Positions 50,034-63,483 of a stretch of 64,000 nt of DNA are shown here, one piece after another. How positions within the stretch are numbered: position 1 is the first letter of the stretch; every line of letters starts with the position of its first letter. The notes beneath the pieces are model-generated. The model was not told the origin of the DNA and ran no database searches. It was given only the letters and a program-made list of their open reading frames with translations. Both the position numbers and the translations under genes were made by a program. Location of the stretch: positions 6,076,001 to 6,140,000 of the forward strand of contig OY986946.1 of the NCBI GenBank assembly GCA_963920595.1, read 5' to 3'. The DNA comes from Eimeria praecox. Its lineage: Eukaryota.

Positions 50034-52364
50034 TTTCGAGCTCTGAGGACCGGAATACCTGTCTTTACCTGTCTGATCCCAAACCACTGAGGGGAAGAGA
50101 ACAAATTAATCTGTTGACCATCGTCACAGCCACACAAACGGGTAGCGTTGATCAACGGTCTTGGTGCCGTGAGGGAGGTGGTACGGAGGGAACGGAACGA
50201 CGACTTCCCTACAACGCCAGTGTGCGCTGCGAAGATAGGAGGAGCCCACATATCCCGCAAAGTCGTGTAGCCTTCCGCTTTGTCTATGGTGTGTATGCAT
50301 TAAATGCTCTGGTGCCATCACAACATACAAATCTCGCCGAGTGCAATACTGGAAGAATTCAGCGTGATTTATTAGGGCGGCAGCCTTGCCTTGTGCTGAG
50401 GCAGCGCACACAGCAAATGAGTGGTGTCTCAGCTGCATGCTACTGCACCCCGCAGAATTTGTGCTATATCGTCGTGCTGTGGAAAGTGGGCATGTTGGTA
50501 TATGAACAAACCGACGGCTGTGTGGAGTGTGATGTATGTGGTGGCTCACTCAGAGTTCAGACCAAGGGCGTCTATGCAGTCATAGCCTTAATTCGTTGGA
50601 AACAAAGAGCCTAGGCAACACTTAGAATTTTCGTACGCTTGCATACTCTGCAATTCGACGCACAAATTTAGGCGTCCCCAAAGAGCGCAAACGACCATCT
50701 GCAACGTACCTTATACAATGTGATGCAGTGACGTCCTGGTGTATCCTTTTCACGAGAGCATCTGCATAAGACATCTACAGGCTTGACATACCTATATCAT
50801 AAGTGCCAACGAACAGGAAGCAATAGGTTTGCTCGTTCTTTGCTTGCGGTGTAGGCTGTGAGAATACAGGTGCGTGCTGTAATCCTTGTCGGGTATGTAC
50901 CATGATCTGGTCGTTGCAGTTTCAGCAGGACGTTGAGCTGTCCACTCAGAGGGACCAGCCTGCGTTGCAGGCTCGTACCTGCTAGATTTACTCAGGCAGC
51001 CCCCAAACCTATAAATTGACGACGACTGTCTCTTGCTGTAGCTGCCACTACCGTATGCATGCTTCGTCACTAGGACAAACCAATCCTACACAATGCAGAA
51101 CCACTTGTGCACACTTTGCAATCCAGTCATCCACGACGCACCACGACGCATGCTGAATATTAAAGACACAGAAAGGTAGTATGATGTACTAACCGTGACT
51201 GAGAAAGCTCGACAGCGCAGCACATTGAAGCTAAACAGACACTTCCAGGCACATTGATGCAATGCCATGGCAGCACATTCACGCCTCCCAATTCAACACT
51301 TCCAATAATGGGTCGCAGCCGCGACGCAACACTGGACAGGGGAGAAACGAAAAACACACGCTGACTGAGCCCAGCGTTGGCACCGAGCTACAGATTGTTG
51401 GTTCCAGCAGGATGAAGTCCCCAAACAGATGCACATTAACCCCCGTTTGGCCACAAAATCCATGAATACCGCAGCCAGTACGCAGCCGATGCTTTCATGC
51501 TCCCTTGCGGCTGCAACATGCCGTCTCCAAGAACGTGAAAGCTAAGAATATGGCGCGGCCTAAAGTACAGGGTGAGGTGGCGATATTCGCAAGTCACCGG
51601 ACAAGGCATCCATCGATTCACAACTACTCAGAAGGTACTGAGGGGGCTTCAATGAATGCTAGCGCAGCTTTTCTAGCAGCACCGGTGCGTTCCAGAGCCC
51701 TGCCAGTAGTCTGCAAGGATGCTGGAGCCAGCATTCCTGCTGAGAGACTGCAGACCCATGCAGACACAATGCAAGCTTGCTGCAGCGGCAAGAGGCACTG
51801 ACACTGCAAGACCCTTCACGCGTGCACCTGCTAGAATGTTGTGGGTTGCAAGCATTGACGAAGGGGAGCACGTTCGAGGTACTGCAACGTCGATTAGCCC
51901 GTTGCTATTGCTTGGTCCCTTCGCAAAGGCCAGAAAGAACGTCTTGTACGGTAGGTGCAGCAAAGAGAGGCGTTGGAATTGAGCAGGATGTGCACCATCC
52001 AATGCAGCAATATTGGTGGAGGTAGAGGAGTCTGCCGGTGCCTGTTTTAAAGCATTGACATGCATTTGGTTTCCTAAGCAATGTGAAACTAGCTCCTGCC
52101 AGTTGCCAACTGCCGCTTGCCTGTGGATAAACTCTTCTGTCGAGCGAGTCAAGGAGGAGGCACTCATACTGCACACACGAAACTACCTCGGGTTTGTATA
52201 GGCTAAGTTAAATTTCCATACGTCTGCACCGATGGCTGTGACTGGCGTACACTGAGAGATGTCCAACGCAAGATCAACAAGATCAAAAACTTAGTAACAC
52301 AGGGACCTGTTTGTTCAAAGCCTGCCCCTTGGGCACGTTATGCCGTTTTGGCAATTTGAGTGAG

Positions 52365-53363
52365 TTACCAGGCGTGAGCGGGGTAGTCATGCTCATAGTG
52401 TGCATGTGGGTAGTGAGGGTATTCGTGGTGGTGGTGAGGAGGAACGGAAGGTGCGCAGGTAGTGGTTGTGGTGGGAGGGGGAACAGGGACGGGGATGAAG
52501 ACGGGAGGAGGAGGAGGGGGACGGTGGTGGTTGTGGTGGTGATGGTGGTGGTGGTGGCTAGGAGGTTTGGGATGGGTCACTGGTGCGCAGGTAGTGGTTG
52601 TGGTGGGAGGGGGAACAGGGACGGGGATGAAGACGGGAGGAGGAGGGGGGCGGTGGTGGTGGTGGTTGTGGTGGTGGTGATGGTGGCTAGGAGGCTTGGG
52701 ATGGGTCACTGGTGCGCAGGTAGTGGTTGTGGTGGGAGGGGGAACAGGGATGGGGATGAAGACGGGAGGAGGAGGAGGGGGGCGGTGGTGGTGGTGGTTG
52801 TGGTGGTGATGGTGGTGGCTAGGAGGCTTGGGATGGGTCACTGGTGCGCAGGTAGTGGTTGTGGTGGGAGGGGGAACAGGGACGGGGATGAAGACGGGAG
52901 GAGGAGGAGGGGGGCGGTGGTGGTGGTGGTTGTGGTGGTGATGGTGGTGGCTAGGAGGCTTGGGATGGGTCACTGGTGCGCAGGTAGTGGTTGTGGTGGG
53001 AGGGGGAACAGGGATAGGGATGAAGACGGGAGGAGGAGGAGGATGGTGATGATGATGATGTGGATGGTGGTGATGGGGATGGTCGTGATGATGTTGGTGA
53101 TGATGGTCATGGGGATAAGGGTAGTGGAAGTGAGGTCCCGCAGCCTGAGAAGATTGAACGAACTGGTTGAACAGCTTGTCCAGGAAGTACACACGGGGAG
53201 AGGTTTCTTCGGCTTCCTCAGCGGTCACAGGGGATTCTTCGTTCTCAACGGGTGCCTCTGGTTCCATGGCAGGAGCAGGCAATTCAGCGACAGTGACATC
53301 CTCAGCCAGTGCATAGGGGAGGACAGCGGCAAGCGCAGTAGCGAGAGTAACGAAGGCCTTCAT
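52365..53363 (-). CDS. Type-B His/Pro-rich protein, copy 7 (4 repeats, 332 aa)
   Basis: Intact ORF; AAGPH variant. Confidence 0.9.
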   Translation of the reverse strand: MKAFVTLATALAAVLPYALAEDVTVAELPAPAMEPEAPVENEESPVTAEEAEETSPRVYFLDKLFNQFVQSSQAAGPHFHYPYPHDHHHQHHHDHPHHHHPHHHHHHPPPPPVFIPIPVPPPTTTTTCAPVTHPKPPSHHHHHHNHHHHRPPPPPPVFIPVPVPPPTTTTTCAPVTHPKPPSHHHHHHNHHHHRPPPPPPVFIPIPVPPPTTTTTCAPVTHPKPPSHHHHHHNHHHHRPPPPPVFIPVPVPPPTTTTTCAPVTHPKPPSHHHHHHHHNHHRPPPPPPVFIPVPVPPPTTTTTCAPSVPPHHHHEYPHYPHAHYEHDYPAHAW

Positions 53364-55695
53364 TTTCGAGCTCTGAGGACCGGAATACCTGTCTTTACCT
53401 GTCTGATCCCAAACCACTGAGGGGAAGAGAACAAATTAATCTGTTGACCATCGTCACAGCCACACAAACGGGTAGCGTTGATCAACGGTCTTGTTGCCGT
53501 GAGGGAGGTGGTACGGAGGCAACGAGACGGCGACGTTCCTGCAACGCCAGTGTGCGCTGCGAAGATAGGAAGGAACCCACACATCCCGCAAAGTCGTGTA
53601 GCCTTCCGCTTTGTCTATGGTGTGTATGCATTAAATGCCCTGGTGCCATCACAACATACAAATCTCGCCGAGTGAAGTACTGGAAGAATTCAGCGTGATT
53701 TATTAGGGCGGCAGCCTTGCCTTGTGCTGAGGCAGCGCACACAGCAAATGAGTGGTGTCTCACCTGCATGCTACTGCACCCCGCAGAATTTGTGCTATAT
53801 CGTCGTGCTGTGGAAAGTGGGCATGTTGGTATATGAACAAACCGACGGCTGTGTGGAGTGTGATGTCTGTGGTGGCTCACTCAGAGTTCAGACCAAGGGC
53901 GTCTATGCAGTCATAGCCTTAATTCGTTGGAAACAAAGAGCCTAGGCAACACTTAGAATTTTCGTACGCTTGCATACTCTGCAATTCGACGCACAAATTT
54001 AGGCGTCCCCAAAGAGCGCAAACGACCATCTGCAACGTACCTTATACAATGTGATGCAGTGACGTCCTGGTGTATCCTTTTCACGAGAGCATCTGCATAA
54101 GACATCTACAGGCTTGACATACCTATATCATAAGTGCCAACGAACAGGAAGCAATAGGTTTGCTCGTTCTTTGCTTGCGGTGTAGGCTGTGAGAATGCAG
54201 GTGCGTGCTTTAATCCTTGTCGGGTATGTACCATGATCTGGTCCTTGCAGTTACAGCAGGACGTTGAGCTGTCCACTCAGAGGGACCAGCCTGCGTTGCA
54301 GGCTCGTACCTGCTAGATTTACTCAGGCAGCCCCAAAACCTATAAATTGACGACGACTGTCTCTTGCTGTAACTGCCACTGCCGTATGCATGCTTGGTCA
54401 CTAGGACAAACCAATCCTACACAATGCAGAACCACTTGTGCACACTTTGCAATCCAGTCATCCACGACGCACCACGACGCATGCTGAATATTAAAGACAC
54501 AGAAAGGTAGTATGATGTACTAACCGTGGCTGAGAAAGCTCGACAGCGCAGCACATCGAAGCTAAACAGACACTTCCAGGCACATTGATGCAATGCCATG
54601 GCAGCACATTCACGCCTCCCAATTCAACACTTCCAATAATGGGTCGCAGCCGCGACGCAACACTGGACAGGGGAGAAACGAAAAACACACGCTGACTGAG
54701 CCCAGCGTTGGCACCGAGCTACAGATTGTTGGTTCCAGAAGGATGAAGTCCTCAAACAGATGCACATTAACCCCCGTTTGGCCACAAAATCCATGAATAC
54801 CGCAGCCAGTACGCAGCCGATGCTTTCATGCTCCCTTGCGGCTGCAACATGCCGTCTCCAAGAACGTGAAAGCTAAGAATATGGCGCGGCCTAAAGTACG
54901 GGGTGAGGTGGCGATATTCGCAAGTCACCGGGCAAGGCATCCATCGATTCACAACTATGCAGCAGGTACTGAGGGGGCTTCAATGAATGCTAGCGCAGCT
55001 TTTCTAGCAGCACCGGTGCGTTCCAGAGCCCTGCCAGTAGTCTGCAAGGATGCTGGAGCCAGCATTCCTGCTGAGAGATTGCAGACCCATGCAGACACAA
55101 TGCAAGCTTGCTGCAGCGGCAAGAGGCACCGACACTGCAAGACCCTTCACGCGTGCACCTGCTAGAATGCTGTGGGTTGCAAGCATTGACGAAGGGGAGC
55201 ACGTTCGAGGTACTGCAACGTCGATTAGCCCGTTGCTATTGCTTGGTCCCTTCGCAAAGGCCAGAAAGAACGTCTTGTACGGTAGGTGCAGCAAAGAGAG
55301 GCGTTGGAATTGAGCAGGATGTGCACCATCCAATGCAGCAATATTGGTGGAGGTAGAGGAGTCTGCCGGTGCCTGTTTTAAAGCATTGACATGCATTTGG
55401 TTTCCTAAGCAATGTGAAACTAGCTCCTGCCAGTTGCCAACTGCCGCTTGCCTGCGGATAAACTCTTCTGCCGAGCGCGTTAAGGAGGAGGCACTCATAC
55501 TGCACACACGAAACTACCTCGGGTTTGTATAGGCTAAGTTAAATTTCCATACGTCTGCACCGATGGCTGTGACTGGCGTACACTGAGAGATGTCCAACGC
55601 AAGATCAACAAGATCAAAAACTTAGTAACACAGGGACCTGTTTGTTCAAAGCCTGCCCCTTGGGCACGTTATGCCGTTTTGGCAATTTGAGTGAG

Positions 55696-56823
55696 TTACC
55701 AGGCGTGAGCGGGGTAGTCATGCTCATAGTGTGCATGTGGGTAGTGAGGGTATTCGTGGTGGTGGTGAGGAGGAACGGAAGGTGCGCAGGTAGTGGTTGT
55801 GGTGGGAGGGGGAACAGGGACGGGGATGAAGACGGGAGGAGGAGGAGGGGGACGGTGGTGGTTGTGGTGGTGATGGTGGTGGTGGTGGCTAGGAGGTTTG
55901 GGATGGGTCACTGGTGCGCAGGTAGTGGTTGTGGTGGGAGGGGGAACAGGGATGGGGATGAAGACGGGAGGAGGAGGAGGGGGACGGTGGTGGTGGTGGT
56001 TGTGGTGGTGGTGGTGGTGGCTAGGAGGTTTGGGATGGGTCACTGGTGCGCAGGTAGTGGTTGTGGTGGGAGGGGGAACAGGGACGGGGATGAAGACGGG
56101 AGGAGGAGGGGGGCGGTGGTGGTGGTGGTTGTGGTGGTGGTGGTGGTGGCTAGGAGGCTTGGGATGGGTCACTGGTGCGCAGGTAGTGGTTGTGGTGGGA
56201 GGGGGAACAGGGACGGGGATGAAGACGGGAGGAGGAGGAGGGCGGTGGTGGTGGTGGTTGTGGTGATGGTGGTGGTGGCTAGGAGGCTTGGGATGGGTCA
56301 CTGGTGCGCAGGTAGTGGTTGTGGTGGGAGGGGGAACAGGGACGGGGATGAAGACGGGAGGAGGAGGAGGAGGACGGTGGTGGTGGTGGTTGTGGTGGTG
56401 ATGGTGGTGGCTAGGAGGCTTGGGATGGGTCACTGGTGCGCAGGTAGTGGTTGTGGTGGGAGGGGGAACAGGGATAGGGATGAAGACGGGAGGAGGAGGA
56501 GGATGATGATGATGATGATGTGGATGGTGGTGATGGGGATGGTCGTGATGATGTTGGTGATGATGGTCATGGGGATAGGGGTAGTGGAAGTGAGGTCCCG
56601 CAGCCTGAGAAGATTGAACGAACTGGTTGAACAGCTTGTCCAGGAAGTACACACGGGGAGAGGTTTCTTCGGCCTCCTCAGCGGTCACAGGGGATTCTTC
56701 GTTCTCAACGGGTGCCTCTGGCTCCATGGCAGGAGCAGGCAATTCGGCGACAGTGACATCCTCAGCCAGTGCATAGGGGAGGACAGCGGCAAGCGCAGTA
56801 GCGAGAGTAACGAAGGCCTTCAT
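55696..56823 (-). CDS. Type-B His/Pro-rich protein, copy 8 (5 repeats, 375 aa)
   Basis: Intact ORF; AAGPH variant. Confidence 0.9.
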   Translation of the reverse strand: MKAFVTLATALAAVLPYALAEDVTVAELPAPAMEPEAPVENEESPVTAEEAEETSPRVYFLDKLFNQFVQSSQAAGPHFHYPYPHDHHHQHHHDHPHHHHPHHHHHHPPPPPVFIPIPVPPPTTTTTCAPVTHPKPPSHHHHHHNHHHHRPPPPPPVFIPVPVPPPTTTTTCAPVTHPKPPSHHHHHHNHHHHRPPPPPVFIPVPVPPPTTTTTCAPVTHPKPPSHHHHHHNHHHHRPPPPPVFIPVPVPPPTTTTTCAPVTHPKPPSHHHHHHNHHHHRPPPPPPVFIPIPVPPPTTTTTCAPVTHPKPPSHHHHHHHHNHHRPPPPPPVFIPVPVPPPTTTTTCAPSVPPHHHHEYPHYPHAHYEHDYPAHAW

Positions 56824-59154
56824 TTTCGAGCTCTGAGGACCGGAATACCTGTCTTTACCTGTCTGATCCCAAACCACTGAGGGGAAGAGAACAAATTAAT
56901 CTGTTGACCATCGTCACAGCCACACAAACGGGTAGCGTTGATCAACGGTCTTGTTGCCGTGAGGGAGGCGGTAGGCAGGCAACGAGACGGCGACGTTCCT
57001 GCAACGCCAGTGTGCGCTGCGAAGATAGGAGGAGCCCACACATCCCGCAAAGTCGTGTAGCCTTCCGCTTTGTCTATGGTGTGTATGCATTAAATGCTCT
57101 GGTGCCACCACAACATACAAATCTCGCCGAGTGCAATACTGGGAGAATTCAGCGTGATTTATTAGGGCGGCAGCCTTGCCTTGTGCTGAGCCAGCGCACA
57201 CAGCAAATGAGTGGTGTCTAAGCTGCATGCTACTGCACCCCGCAGAATTTGTGCTATATCGTCGTGCTGTGGAAAGTGGGCATGTTGGTATATGAACAAA
57301 CCGACGGCTGTGTGGAGTGTGATGTCTGTGGTGGCTCACTCAGAGTTCAGGCGAAGGGCGTCTATGCAGTCATAGCCTTAATTCGTTGGAAACAAAGAGC
57401 CTAGGCAACACTTAGAGTTTTCGTACGCTTGCATACTCTGCAGTTCGACGCACAAATTTAGGCGTCCCCAAAGAGCGCAAACGAGCATCTGCAACGTACC
57501 TTATACAATGTGATGCAGTGACGTCCTGGCGTATCCTTTTCACGAGAGCATCTGCATACGACATCTACAGGCTTGACACACCTATATCATAAGTGCCAAC
57601 GAACAGGAAGCAATAGGTTTGCTCGTTCTTTTCTTGTGGTGTAGGCTGTGAGAATACAGGTGCGTGCTGTAATCCTTGTCGGGTATGTACCATGATCTGG
57701 TCGTTGCAGTTTCAGCAGGACGTTGAGCTGTCCACTCAGAGGGACCAGCCTGCGTTGCAGGCTCGTACCTGCTAGATTTACTCAGGCAGCCCCAAAACCT
57801 ATAAATTGACGACGACTGTCTCTTGCTGTAACTGCCACTACCGTATGCATGCTTCGTCACTAGGACAAACCAATCCTACACAATGCAGAACCATTTGTGC
57901 ACACTTTGCAATCCAGTCATCCACGACGCACCACGACGCATGCTGAATATTAAAGACACAGAAAGGTAGTATGATGTACTAACCGTGACTGAGAAAGCTC
58001 GACAGCGCAGCACATTGAAGCTAAACAGACACTTCCAGGCACATTGATGCAATGCCATGGCAGCACATTCACGCCTCCCAATTCAACACTTCCAATAATG
58101 GGTCGCAGCCGCGACGCAACACTGGACAGGGGAGAAACGAAAAACACACGCTGACTGAGCCCAGCGTTGGCACCGAGCTACAGATTGTTGGTTCCAGAAG
58201 GATGAAGTCCTCAAACAGATGCACATTAACCCCCGTTTGGCCACAAAATCCATGAATACCGCAGCCAGTACGCAGCCGATGCTTTCATGCTCCCTTGCGG
58301 CTGCAACATGCCGTCTCCAAGAACGTGAAAGCTAAGAATATGGCGCGACCTGAAGCACAGGGTGAGGTGGCGATATTCGCAAGTCACCGGACAAGGCATC
58401 CATCGATTCACAACTACTCAGCAGGTACTGAGGGGGCTTCAATGAATGCTAGCGCAGCTTTTCTAGCAGCACCGGTGCGTTCCAGAGCCCTGCCAGTAGT
58501 CTGCAAGGATGCTGGAGCCTGCATTCCTGCTGAGAGATTGCAGACCCATGCAGACACAATGCAAGCTTGCTGCAGCGGCAAGAGGCACCGACACTGCAAG
58601 ACCCTTCACGCGTGCACCTGCTAGAATGTTGTGGGTTGCAAGCATTGACGAAGGGGAGCACGTTCGAGGTACTGCAACGTCGATTAGCCCGTTGCTATTG
58701 CTTGGTCCCTTCGCAAAGGCCAGAAAGAACGTCTTGTACGGTAGGTGCAGCAAAGAGAGGCGTTGAAATTGAGCAGGATGTGCACCATCCAATGCAGCAA
58801 TATTGGTGGAGGTAGAGGAGTCTGCCGGTGCCTGTTTTAAAGCATTGACATGCATTTGGTTTCCTAAGCAATGTGAAACTAGCTCCTGCCAGTTGCCAAC
58901 TGCCGCTTGCCTGTGGATAAACTCTTCTGTCGAGCGCGTTAAGGAGGAGGCACTCATACTGCACACACGAAACTACCTCGGGTTTGTATAGGCTAAGTTA
59001 AATTTCCATACGTCTGCACCGATGGTTGTGACTGGCGTACACTGAGAGATGTCCAACGCAAGATCAGCAAGATCAAAAACTTAGTAACACAGGGACCTGT
59101 TTGTTCAAAGCCTGCCCCTTGGGCACGTTATGCCGTTTTGGCAATTTGAGTGAG

Positions 59155-60153
59155 TTACCAGGCGTGAGCGGGGTAGTCATGCTCATAGTGTGCATGTGGG
59201 TAGTGAGGGTATTCGTGGTGGTGGTGAGGAGGAACGGAGGGTGCGCAGGTAGTGGTTGTGGTGGGAGGGGGAACAGGGACGGGGATGAAGACGGGAGGAG
59301 GAGGAGGGGGACGGTGGTGGTTGTGGTGGTGATGGTGGTGGTGGTGGCTAGGAGGTTTGGGATGGGTCACTGGTGCGCAGGTAGTGGTTGTGGTGGGAGG
59401 GGGAACAGGGACGGGGATGAAGACGGGAGGAGGAGGGGGGCGGTGGTGGTGGTGGTTGTGGTGGTGGTGATGGTGGCTAGGAGGCTTGGGATGGGTCACT
59501 GGTGCGCAGGTAGTGGTTGTGGTGGGAGGGGGAACAGGGATGGGGATGAAGACGGGAGGAGGAGGAGGGGGGCGGTGGTGGTGGTGGTTGTGGTGGTGAT
59601 GGTGGTGGCTAGGAGGCTTGGGATGGGTCACTGGTGCGCAGGTAGTGGTTGTGGTGGGAGGGGGAACCGGGACGGGGATGAAGACGGGGGGAGGAGGAGG
59701 AGGACGGTGGTGGTGGTGGTTGTGGTGGTGATGGTGGTGGCTAGGAGGCTTGGGATGGGTCACTGGTGCGCAGGTAGTGGTTGTGGTGGGAGGGGGAACA
59801 GGGATAGGGATGAAGACGGGAGGAGGAGGAGGATGATGATGATGATGATGTGGATGGTGGTGATGGGGATGGTCGTGATGATGTTGGTGATGATGGTCAT
59901 GGGGATCGGGGTAGTGGAAGTGAGGTCCCGCAGCCTGAGAAGATTGAACGAACTGGTTGAACAGCTTGTCCAGGAAGTACACACGGGGAGAGGTTTCTTC
60001 GGCCTCCTCAGCTGTCACAGGGGATTCTTCGTTCTCAACGGGTGCCTCTGGCTCCATGGCAGGAGCAGGCAATTCAGCGACCGTGACATCCTCAGCCAGT
60101 GCATAGGGGAGGACAGCCGCAAGCGCAGTAGCGAGAGTAACGAAGGCCTTCAT
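59155..60153 (-). CDS. Type-B His/Pro-rich protein, copy 9 (4 repeats, 332 aa)
   Basis: Intact ORF; YPDPH variant. Confidence 0.9.
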   Translation of the reverse strand: MKAFVTLATALAAVLPYALAEDVTVAELPAPAMEPEAPVENEESPVTAEEAEETSPRVYFLDKLFNQFVQSSQAAGPHFHYPDPHDHHHQHHHDHPHHHHPHHHHHHPPPPPVFIPIPVPPPTTTTTCAPVTHPKPPSHHHHHHNHHHHRPPPPPPVFIPVPVPPPTTTTTCAPVTHPKPPSHHHHHHNHHHHRPPPPPPVFIPIPVPPPTTTTTCAPVTHPKPPSHHHHHHNHHHHRPPPPPVFIPVPVPPPTTTTTCAPVTHPKPPSHHHHHHHHNHHRPPPPPPVFIPVPVPPPTTTTTCAPSVPPHHHHEYPHYPHAHYEHDYPAHAW

Positions 60154-62484
60154 TTTCGAGCTCTGAGGACCGGAATACCTGTCTTTACCTGTCTGATCCC
60201 AAACCACTGAGGGGAAGAGAACAAATTAATCTGTTGACCATCGTCACAGCCACACAAACGGGTAGCGTTGATCAACGGTCTTGTTGCCGTGAGGGAGGTG
60301 GTACGGAGGAAACGGAACGACGACTTCCCTACAACGCCAGTGTGCGCTGCGAAGATAGGAGGAGCCCACACATCCCGCAAAGTCGTGCAGCCTTCCGCTT
60401 TGTCTATGGTGTGTATGCATTAAATGCCCTGGTGCCATCACAACATACAAATCTCGCCGAGTGAAGTACTGGAAGAATTCAGCGTGATTTATTAGGGCGG
60501 CAGCCTTGCCTTGTGCTGAGGCAGCGCACACAGCAAATGAGTGGTGTCTCACCTGCATGCTACTGCACCCCGCAGAATTTGTGCTATATCGTCGTGCTGT
60601 GGAAAGTGGGCATGTTGGTACATGAACAGACTGGCGGCTGTGTGGAGTGTGATGCATGTGGCGGCTCATTCAGAGTTCAGGCGAAGGGCGTCTATGCAGT
60701 TGTAGCCTTAATTCGTTGGAAACAAAGAGCCTAGGCAACACTTAGAGTTTTCGTACGCTTGCATACTCTGCAGTTCGACGCACAAATTTAGGCGTCCCCA
60801 AAGAGCGCAAACGAGCATCTGCAACGTACCTTATACAATGTGATGCAGTGACGTCCTGGTGTATCCTTTTCACGAGAGCATCTGCATACGACATCTACAG
60901 GCTTGACACACCTATATCATAAGTGCCAACGAACAGGAAGCAATAGGTTTGCTCGTTCTTTGCTTGCGGTGTAGGCTGTGAGAATACAGGTGCGTGCTGT
61001 AATCCTTGTCGGGTATGTACCATGATCTGGTCGTTGCAGTTTCAGCAGGACGTTGAGCTGTCCACTCAGAGGGACCAGCCTGCGTTGCAGGCTCGTACCT
61101 GCTAGATTTACTCAGGCAGCCCCAAAACCTATAAATTGACGACGACTGTCTCTTGCTGTAACTGCCACTGCCGTATGCATGCTTGGTCACTAGGACAAAC
61201 CAATCCTACACAATGCAGAACCATTTGTGCACACTTTGCAATCCAGTCATCCACGACGCACCACGACGCATGCTGAATATTAAAGACACAGAAAGGTAGT
61301 ATGATGTACTAACCGTGGCTGAGAAAGCTCGACAGCGCAGCACATCGAAGCTAAACAGACACTTCCAGGCACATTGATGCAATGCCATGGCAGCACATTC
61401 ACGCCTCCCAATTCAACACTTCCAATAATGGGTCGCAGCCGCGACGCAACACTGGACAGGGGAGAAACGAAAAACACACGCTGACTGAGCCCAGCGTTGG
61501 CACCGAGCTACAGATTGTTGGTTCCAGAAGGATGAAGTCCTCAAACAGATGCACATTAACCCCCGTTTGGCCACAAAATCCATGAATACCGCAGCCAGTA
61601 CGCAGCCGATGCTTTCATGCTCCCTTGCGGCTGCAACATGCCGTCTCCAAGAACGTGAAGGCTAAGAATATGGCGCGGCCTAAAGTACGGGGTGAGGTGG
61701 CGATATTCGCAAGTCACCGGACAAGGCATCCATCGATTCACAACTATGCAGCAGGTACTGAGGGGGCTTCAATGAATGCTAGCGCAGCTTTTCTAGCAGC
61801 ACCGGTGCGTTCCAGAGCCCTGCCAGTAGTCTGCAAGGATGCTGGAGCCTGCATTCCTGCTGAGAGATTGCAGACCCATGCAGACACAATGCAAGCTTGC
61901 TGCAGCGGCAAGAGGCACCGACACTGCAAGACCCTTCACGCGTGCACCTGCTAGAATGTTGTGGGTTGCAAGCATTGACGAAGGGGAGCACGTTCGAGGT
62001 ACTGCAACGTCGATTAGCCCGTTGCTATTGCTTGGTCCCTTCGCAAAGGCCAGAAAGAACGTCTTGTACGGTAGGTGCAGCAAAGAGAGGCGTTGAAATT
62101 GAGCAGGATGTGCACCATCCAATGCAGCAATATTGGTGGAGGTAGAGGAGTCTGCCGGTGCCTGTTTTAAAGCATTGACATGCATTTGGTTTCCTAAGCA
62201 ATGTGAAACTAGCTCCTGCCAGTTGCCAACTGCCGCTTGCCTGTGGATAAACTCTTCTGTCGAGCGCGTTAAGGAGGAGGCACTCATACTGCACACACGA
62301 AACTACCTCGGGTTTGTATAGGCTAAGTTAAATTTCCATACGTCTGCACCGATGGTTGTGACTGGCGTACACTGAGAGATGTCCAACGCAAGATCAGCAA
62401 GATCAAAAACTTAGTAACACAGGGACCTGTTTGTTCAAAGCCTGCCCCTTGGGCACGTTATGCCGTTTTGGCAATTTGAGTGAG

Positions 62485-63483
62485 TTACCAGGCGTGAGCG
62501 GGGTAGTCATGCTCATAGTGTGCATGTGGGTAGTGAGGGTATTCGTGGTGGTGGTGAGGAGGAACGGAGGGTGCGCAGGTAGTGGTTGTGGTGGGAGGGG
62601 GAACAGGGACGGGGATGAAGACGGGAGGAGGAGGAGGGGGACGGTGGTGGTTGTGGTGGTGATGGTGGTGGTGGTGGCTAGGAGGTTTGGGATGGGTCAC
62701 TGGTGCGCAGGTAGTGGTTGTGGTGGGAGGGGGAACAGGGACGGGGATGAAGACGGGAGGAGGAGGGGGGCGGTGGTGGTGGTGGTTGTGGTGGTGGTGA
62801 TGGTGGCTAGGAGGCTTGGGATGGGTCACTGGTGCGCAGGTAGTGGTTGTGGTGGGAGGGGGAACAGGGATGGGGATGAAGACGGGAGGAGGAGGAGGGG
62901 GGCGGTGGTGGTGGTGGTTGTGGTGGTGATGGTGGTGGCTAGGAGGCTTGGGATGGGTCACTGGTGCGCAGGTAGTAGTTGTGGTGGGAGGGGGAACAGG
63001 GACGGGGATGAAGACGGGAGGAGGAGGAGGAGGACGGTGGTGGTGGTGGTTGTGGTGGTGATGGTGGTGGCTAGGAGGCTTGGGATGGGTCACTGGTGCG
63101 CAGGTAGTGGTTGTGGTGGGAGGGGGAACAGGGATAGGGATGAAGACGGGAGGAGGAGGAGGATGGTGATGATGATGATGTGGATGGTGGTGATGGGGAT
63201 GGTCGTGATGATGTTGGTGATGATGGTCATGGGGATAAGGGTAGTGGAAGTGAGGTCCCGCAGCCTGAGAAGATTGAACGAACTGGTTGAACAGCTTGTC
63301 CAGGAAGTACACACGGGGAGAGGTTTCTTCGGCCTCCTCAGCGGTCACAGGGGATTCTTCGTTCTCAACGGGTGCCTCTGGCTCCATGGCAGGAGCAGGC
63401 AATTCAGCGACAGTGACATCCTCAGCCAGTGCATAGGGGAGGACAGCGGCAAGCGCAGTAGCGAGAGTAACGAAGGCCTTCAT
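62485..63483 (-). CDS. Type-B His/Pro-rich protein, copy 10 (4 repeats, 332 aa)
   Basis: Intact ORF; last unit, upstream flank diverges after ~63780. Confidence 0.9.
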   Translation of the reverse strand: MKAFVTLATALAAVLPYALAEDVTVAELPAPAMEPEAPVENEESPVTAEEAEETSPRVYFLDKLFNQFVQSSQAAGPHFHYPYPHDHHHQHHHDHPHHHHPHHHHHHPPPPPVFIPIPVPPPTTTTTCAPVTHPKPPSHHHHHHNHHHHRPPPPPPVFIPVPVPPPTTTTTCAPVTHPKPPSHHHHHHNHHHHRPPPPPPVFIPIPVPPPTTTTTCAPVTHPKPPSHHHHHHNHHHHRPPPPPVFIPVPVPPPTTTTTCAPVTHPKPPSHHHHHHHHNHHRPPPPPPVFIPVPVPPPTTTTTCAPSVPPHHHHEYPHYPHAHYEHDYPAHAW